Source: Trichomonas gallinae | Taxonomy: Eukaryota | Direction: 5' to 3' | DNA length: 43,140 bases | NCBI GenBank assembly: GCA_008369845.1 | Contig: MRSU01010402.1 | Location: 1 to 43,140 of the forward strand | Shown here: positions 38,170 through 43,140 of the stretch, in pieces | Numbering within the stretch: the first letter of the stretch is position 1 | Layout: each line of letters begins with the position of its first letter | Position numbers and translations under genes: made by a program | Notes under the pieces: generated by a model | Databases searched by the model: none | The model's input: only the letters and a program-made list of their open reading frames with translations | What the model was told of the DNA's origin: nothing

Positions 38170-38343
38170 TTTACACGTCATAATAATTCAAAAATTTTAA
38201 TTTTGACATGTAATTTTCTGAATTTTGTCAAATAATATTTTACATGTCATTTTAATTTATTTTTGACATGTATATTTTAGAATTATATCAAATAATATTT
38301 TACATGACATTTACATTACATATTTTGATATTTGACACGTAAA
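38170..38343. repeat. About 60-bp periodic repeat built from alternating inverted TGACATGTA motifs
   Basis: Motifs at 38170(-), 38204(+), 38239(-), 38264(+), 38299(-) and 38333(+); 38201-38250 and 38261-38310 are near-identical copies. Confidence 0.8.
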
Positions 38344-38582
38344 ATTAAAATATTGACAAGTAAATAGCATCTAAGAAATCTTTACACTACGCTTCTATGA
38401 TCTTGATGGATTCGCAGAACTCTAGTGATATATTTAAGAGATCTTCTGATTTCAAATGAATAGAAATCAGAAATAACTATCAATTGAAAATAAAAACACT
38501 AATGTCATGAATATTTTATATACAAAATAAAATAACATAAGGCATAAACGTCTGCAAAACCTCATGCCCTAATAAGCTTGAA

Positions 38583-39785
38583 TTAATTCATAATGTGGAT
38601 GATCGGCAAAGGAGCTTTCCTTTTTATAACTCTGACGGCGGAAGTGTTTGGTTTGATTGGCATTGATTTCCTTTTCTCTGAAAGGAATTTGTTTGGAGAA
38701 AGATGTGGGAGATGTTTTTCACCTTCATGATATGAAGATCTTCTGACTGCTCTTCGAGTTGGTGGGGCCCAAAATTGGGGCAAGTTGTCATTCAGGTTGC
38801 AGCGGGATAGTATTCTTAAGATAACGGCATCTCCATCTTTTCTTGTGTTATCCTCAGGATAGTTGTTGAGATAAGTCTCATCCTCGGCTAGTGGCAAGGC
38901 TAGTGAACTGTCGAGACCGAGAGTTCTGAGCGAAGCTTTGATCTGCTCAATGTCGGACTTTATGCTCAATGCGTCTGATGCCTTCTTAACCGCATCCATC
39001 AACCAGGGATGCTCCAAGACTTCTGCAACAGATGGCCTTTTCTCTGGAGACTTGCATAACATCTTTAAAACTAAGTCAGTCAATTCAGGTCCCATTGATG
39101 CAGGAATATCGACCTCCTTGTAGATGATCTTCTGTGCTAAGCGTTGCATGTTCTGGTCTTCAAAGGGTAGATGACCTACAGTCAATGCATAAAGTACACA
39201 ACCGCAGCTCCATATGTCGCATCCGAAGCTGTATTCAGATCCCATAATCATCTCTGGTGCGGCATACGAAGGACTTCCGCACTGTGAGCGTAAAACATTG
39301 TCCTCATTTGGTTGATTGCTCAATCCGAAATCAATGATCCTGATATTGCGTTTGGAATCAAACATCACATTTTCAGCCTTTATATCCCTGTGGCACACAT
39401 GCATGTCCTCATGCAGATAGCGAACAGCTAACATAAGCTGAGCAAAGATTATTGCGGCATTTTCTTCACTAAATGCGCCATGCTCGTTGATGTAGTTCAA
39501 CAAAGTTCCGTTTGAGGCGAATTCCATGATCAAATAGATCTCTTCTTCGGTCTCAAGAATGTCAAATAAGCGGGCGATGAAGGGGTTGTTAACCTTCTTG
39601 AAGATTTCAATCTCCCTTTGTATCCTTATCATAGATCTTCCGTCCTCATTGTTTTCTTTTTTGTTGATGACCTTAATAGCAACTTTTGAACCTGTAGCTC
39701 CATGTATCGCAACATACACCTTTGCAAAACCACCAGAGCCGACAGGATATAAGACTGCATAGTCTTGGAGAACGCGGAAGTCCAT
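38583..39785 (-). CDS. SNF1/AMPK-related (CAMK group) Ser/Thr kinase
   Basis: GSGGFAKV, VAIK, HRDIKAEN, DFG, LRSQCGSPSYAAPE, DIWSCG. Confidence 0.93.
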   Translation of the reverse strand: MDFRVLQDYAVLYPVGSGGFAKVYVAIHGATGSKVAIKVINKKENNEDGRSMIRIQREIEIFKKVNNPFIARLFDILETEEEIYLIMEFASNGTLLNYINEHGAFSEENAAIIFAQLMLAVRYLHEDMHVCHRDIKAENVMFDSKRNIRIIDFGLSNQPNEDNVLRSQCGSPSYAAPEMIMGSEYSFGCDIWSCGCVLYALTVGHLPFEDQNMQRLAQKIIYKEVDIPASMGPELTDLVLKMLCKSPEKRPSVAEVLEHPWLMDAVKKASDALSIKSDIEQIKASLRTLGLDSSLALPLAEDETYLNNYPEDNTRKDGDAVILRILSRCNLNDNLPQFWAPPTRRAVRRSSYHEGEKHLPHLSPNKFLSEKRKSMPIKPNTSAVRVIKRKAPLPIIHIMN

Positions 39786-42630
39786 TTAATTTAAATATTT
39801 GACAAAAATTTTACATAATTTTAAATACTTGATCTATAATGTTAATAAACGATCGAGCAGGAAAATGACGAAGTTTAGATAATATTTTGATTGAGAGGCA
39901 TCTGAAAAATTTTCATAGAGCTCTATCAAAAAATATTTGACATCGGAGCGCGATTTACCGTAACATTAAAGAACTATATCAAATACGTTATTGATTTAAT
40001 CGATTAAAAATTGTTAATTGAATAAAAATAAGTAACATGGCTTTATCAAGTATAGCGCAATAGGAAAAATCGATTTTTTCATTTAAATTTAAACAATTGT
40101 GAATTATTTTTCAATTTCATAAACGATTGTAAAGACCAAACAATATGCTTAAAACTTATCAATATTTCATTGACAAAAGCTTTGGTGCGGAAGATAAATT
40201 CAATTTTTTGCATGACGAACGCTGTTTTAGAATTATCTGTGAAGTATCAAAGAACGTAATTTTTACACAAGCGTAAATTTCAGTCACATTCAAATTTTTA
40301 CTTTTTCAATTCAATTTCTAAATAATGAATTTTTTTACATTAATTTTTAATATTTGTTTTAATGATAGGTATTCTATAGATCATAGTTGCAACAACTCAC
40401 AAAATTCAGACATCGTTAATCAATTGAATGCTTACAGAATTTGCATTGACGAAATACTGTCATTTATATACTATATATTAAATCAATTTCAGTCGCATAA
40501 AAATATAACCAATACGGCCAAAAAGCAAGTTATTTCACCTACTTCTTCTGCCACCATTTATTATTCATTATACGGAACTCATCCCATGAATATTGCATTC
40601 ACAAAGCAAAAATTTGTATGAATTCTTTGCTTGAATTCCGAATATTCGTTATTCGCGTACTCTGCATTATTATACTATTTAAAACAATATTTTATCCACA
40701 TTAGAAAGGCCTCACTTAAAATTCCATTCTTTCAAAGATTTGAAAATAAATTTTTCAGCAATGAGCACTCGTTAGAAGTTATGAAATTCTGTCCATCACA
40801 CATAAGAGTCTGTTTTTGTTATCCGCAGACTTAATCTTAATTCATCACCCATCAAAAATAATTTTCACCAAGCTTGAGTTAGTTTTTATTGTTTTACGTG
40901 CCAGTTATGAGTTTACACTTAGATGGATACCTATTCTCTAGTGATTGCAAAAATATTTTTCTGAATTTGGTGGATCTTAAACTTCAAGTGGCTGAACGGC
41001 TGATTTAAAGTTTAATTTGCTATTAATATGCTTATACAGATATAATAAGCAGTAATTAAACTAGTCTTTGCCATTTGCGAAAATTACTGATTTTTTAGTA
41101 GTTTGAAACTGTAACCCAGAAGAAGCGCGGAACTTATTAATTGCTGTTTATTCACACCATGTTTTAATTAAATCACGTAAATGCAAATGATATGGAAAAT
41201 TTGAGATATTTTCCTAGATTTGATCATTCTATTTAGAGAACTCACCAGAAATTGAAACAACTTATGTAGTTTTAATATGACACCTTACGTTGAATAAAAT
41301 ACAGAATTGTTTTCATTTCGTTTAAGGAACTGAACTGAGTTTGATGTTTCGAATTCATTCATAATACTGTGGTGTATAGTTGAGTGTAACCCAAAATATG
41401 TTAACTTTTATATCAGCAGGAAATAAATCTATTATTCATTCAAAATTGTAATTCATTCAATGATTTTTATATATTTCTGATTGATATACGATATATTGAA
41501 TGATTCATGCGTGTAAACTATAGTTTATGCAACATTTAGATGCGAAAAAAACAAAATCAGATTCTTCAAGATTTCAGCATTCTACTTCAAAGGTAAAACA
41601 TGTTGACAGACATAAATCTTGAGAATTGATCTTGTTTTCTCGGTGGATCAAATTATCATTCGGTGAATGAAATGCTATTCTTCTGAATCTGTATTTTAAT
41701 TGACATCGATGATATATCCCCAAAATAAGACCTACCAAAATATTTTATCATGACGGCACAAAAGTGTGCTTCAGTTAAAGAACATCATGGCATCATTGCT
41801 ATATAATTACCATGACACTCATTCGCTATGTGTGTATTTCATTTTTTATTCTTGCAAATCAAAATAGACATATTCAATCAAATCATGGACGCATAACTTT
41901 GCACATTAACTCTTCTGATTAAACTCTCTTATTTTCAAAATTATCTACTTCTCAAAATTCTTTCTCTTGATGTAATCAAAGCCTACAAGATTTGTGTGAA
42001 CTTTGTGGTTGACTGCATCAATAACTATGAGATTTCTAGCCATTGTTCTCAAAATGTTTAAAGGTTAGAGTCTCCATGTGAGATACATCAGCTATGTTGA
42101 ATTCAAAAAACAGACTTAATGAAAAATGATTGACTTCTGAATGGATTCCTATAAAATCTACAACAATGCCATACTGCATCATCTATTATTTATGAAGTCA
42201 AAATTTTTTTTTTTGACAAAAATTCTTGACTAGATTCTTCTGAAAATATTTGCAACATTTTTGAGTCGCAAATCGACTGTTTGCAACATTGAAATCATTC
42301 AATATTATTGATCCATTTCAACATCTAACAAGTATTTGCATTTTGAAAAACAAAAATAATTTTTAATCTTGAAATAACATGTTTCAGTGTATGATCAATT
42401 ATAAATAATATATAGAACTTAATACAAACACTATTTCTCATTTGCATTCATATTTATCGTTGAACTGTTTAAAATATAAATGATATCACAATAAATTATA
42501 TGGTTATCTTATGGTATATATTAATTTATATGTGTAATTTGATTCATGCACATAATTATTTTACTTTATTCAATACAAAAAACAAGAATTTTAAAATGAT
42601 AATATACTCTATATCTATTTTATTCTATAT

Positions 42631-43134
42631 TTATTCTTCAGCTGGTGCTTCTTCTTCCTTTGGTTCGTCGAAGCCCATCTTTCCGATTTCCTCAACTTCG
42701 CGATCGTACATAGCCATTTTCTTCTTTAATTGATTAGCATTCCATTGCCATGGATTACGCCTACGGTCAAAAGCCATCATTTCGAAATCGTTGCCGTATC
42801 TAGTCTTCAATTGAGCCATAATCTTAAAATCGTTTTCACCAAGATGTCTGACTAAAGGAGCTTTATCAGGTAAGCTTTCCATAACCTCTGGCAAGTTGAC
42901 TACGACTTCTGGCGCGGATTTTTCTGCTGCTTTTTGTATAGCTTTTTCTCGTTTCAAATTTCCGAGCTTATCTGAGAAACCAATTTTTGCATCATCATTT
43001 GGATTTGAAGATAAGCCTAATCGTGAGTAAAAATCTTTGTGATTTGTTGCTGATCCAACTTTATATCCCTGAGCTTCAAGAGTCTTCCTCACATCCTCAG
43101 GAAGCTCCGGTGGGGCCATCTTTCTCTTATACAT
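42631..43134 (-). CDS. NOP16: Nop16-like ribosome biogenesis protein (5' end may extend beyond the window)
   Basis: YSRLGL..NPN and RYGNDFEMMAFDRRRNPWQW...QLKK match Nop16 motifs; the frame stays open to the window edge. Confidence 0.75.
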   Translation of the reverse strand: MYKRKMAPPELPEDVRKTLEAQGYKVGSATNHKDFYSRLGLSSNPNDDAKIGFSDKLGNLKREKAIQKAAEKSAPEVVVNLPEVMESLPDKAPLVRHLGENDFKIMAQLKTRYGNDFEMMAFDRRRNPWQWNANQLKKKMAMYDREVEEIGKMGFDEPKEEEAPAEE

Positions 43135-43140
43135 TTTGTT

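Noticed and set aside
1..43140. Spliceosomal introns, stop-codon reassignment, intact transposons
   Set aside because: No trichomonad-type ACTAAC...CAG intron end was noticed by eye, conserved genes end at TAA/TAG/TGA as expected, and no transposase, integrase or long terminal repeats were recognised; short introns could have been missed.

Overview
AT-rich, gene-dense eukaryotic DNA with the standard genetic code, very short intergenic spacers and no introns that I could find. The MDH/LDH-family sequence, the GP63-like protease and the TCA(T/C)W initiator-type starts point to a trichomonad (Trichomonas vaginalis or a close relative); this assignment is inference. The window holds about 22 protein genes: GP63/M8 protease with a C-terminal IPT/TIG domain, Cdc20, a reticulon-like protein, a PH-like protein, Gemin2-like, Spt5-like, a RanBP1-domain protein, UBX-like, exportin-like, Vps34, two kinases, an axonemal dynein light chain-domain protein, Nnf1-like, MDH-like, Gcn5, saposin-like, importin-beta-like, Nop16 and three hypotheticals. 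It also has one tRNA-Ala(UGC). Many ORF-track starts are non-ATG, so I moved them to the first in-frame ATG. Most notable: (1) an intact MDH/LDH paralog lacking the catalytic His and one catalytic Arg, behind an 80-bp duplicated promoter with Myb-like sites; (2) a family of TGAC-core cis-elements (AAAAGTGAC, TGACAAA, TGACATGTAAA) forming polarised, periodic arrays upstream of genes; (3) divergent Gemin2, Nnf1 and Spt5 homologs; (4) a saposin-like protein with a polybasic cleavage site. All protein calls come from motifs recognised by eye, not from database searches.
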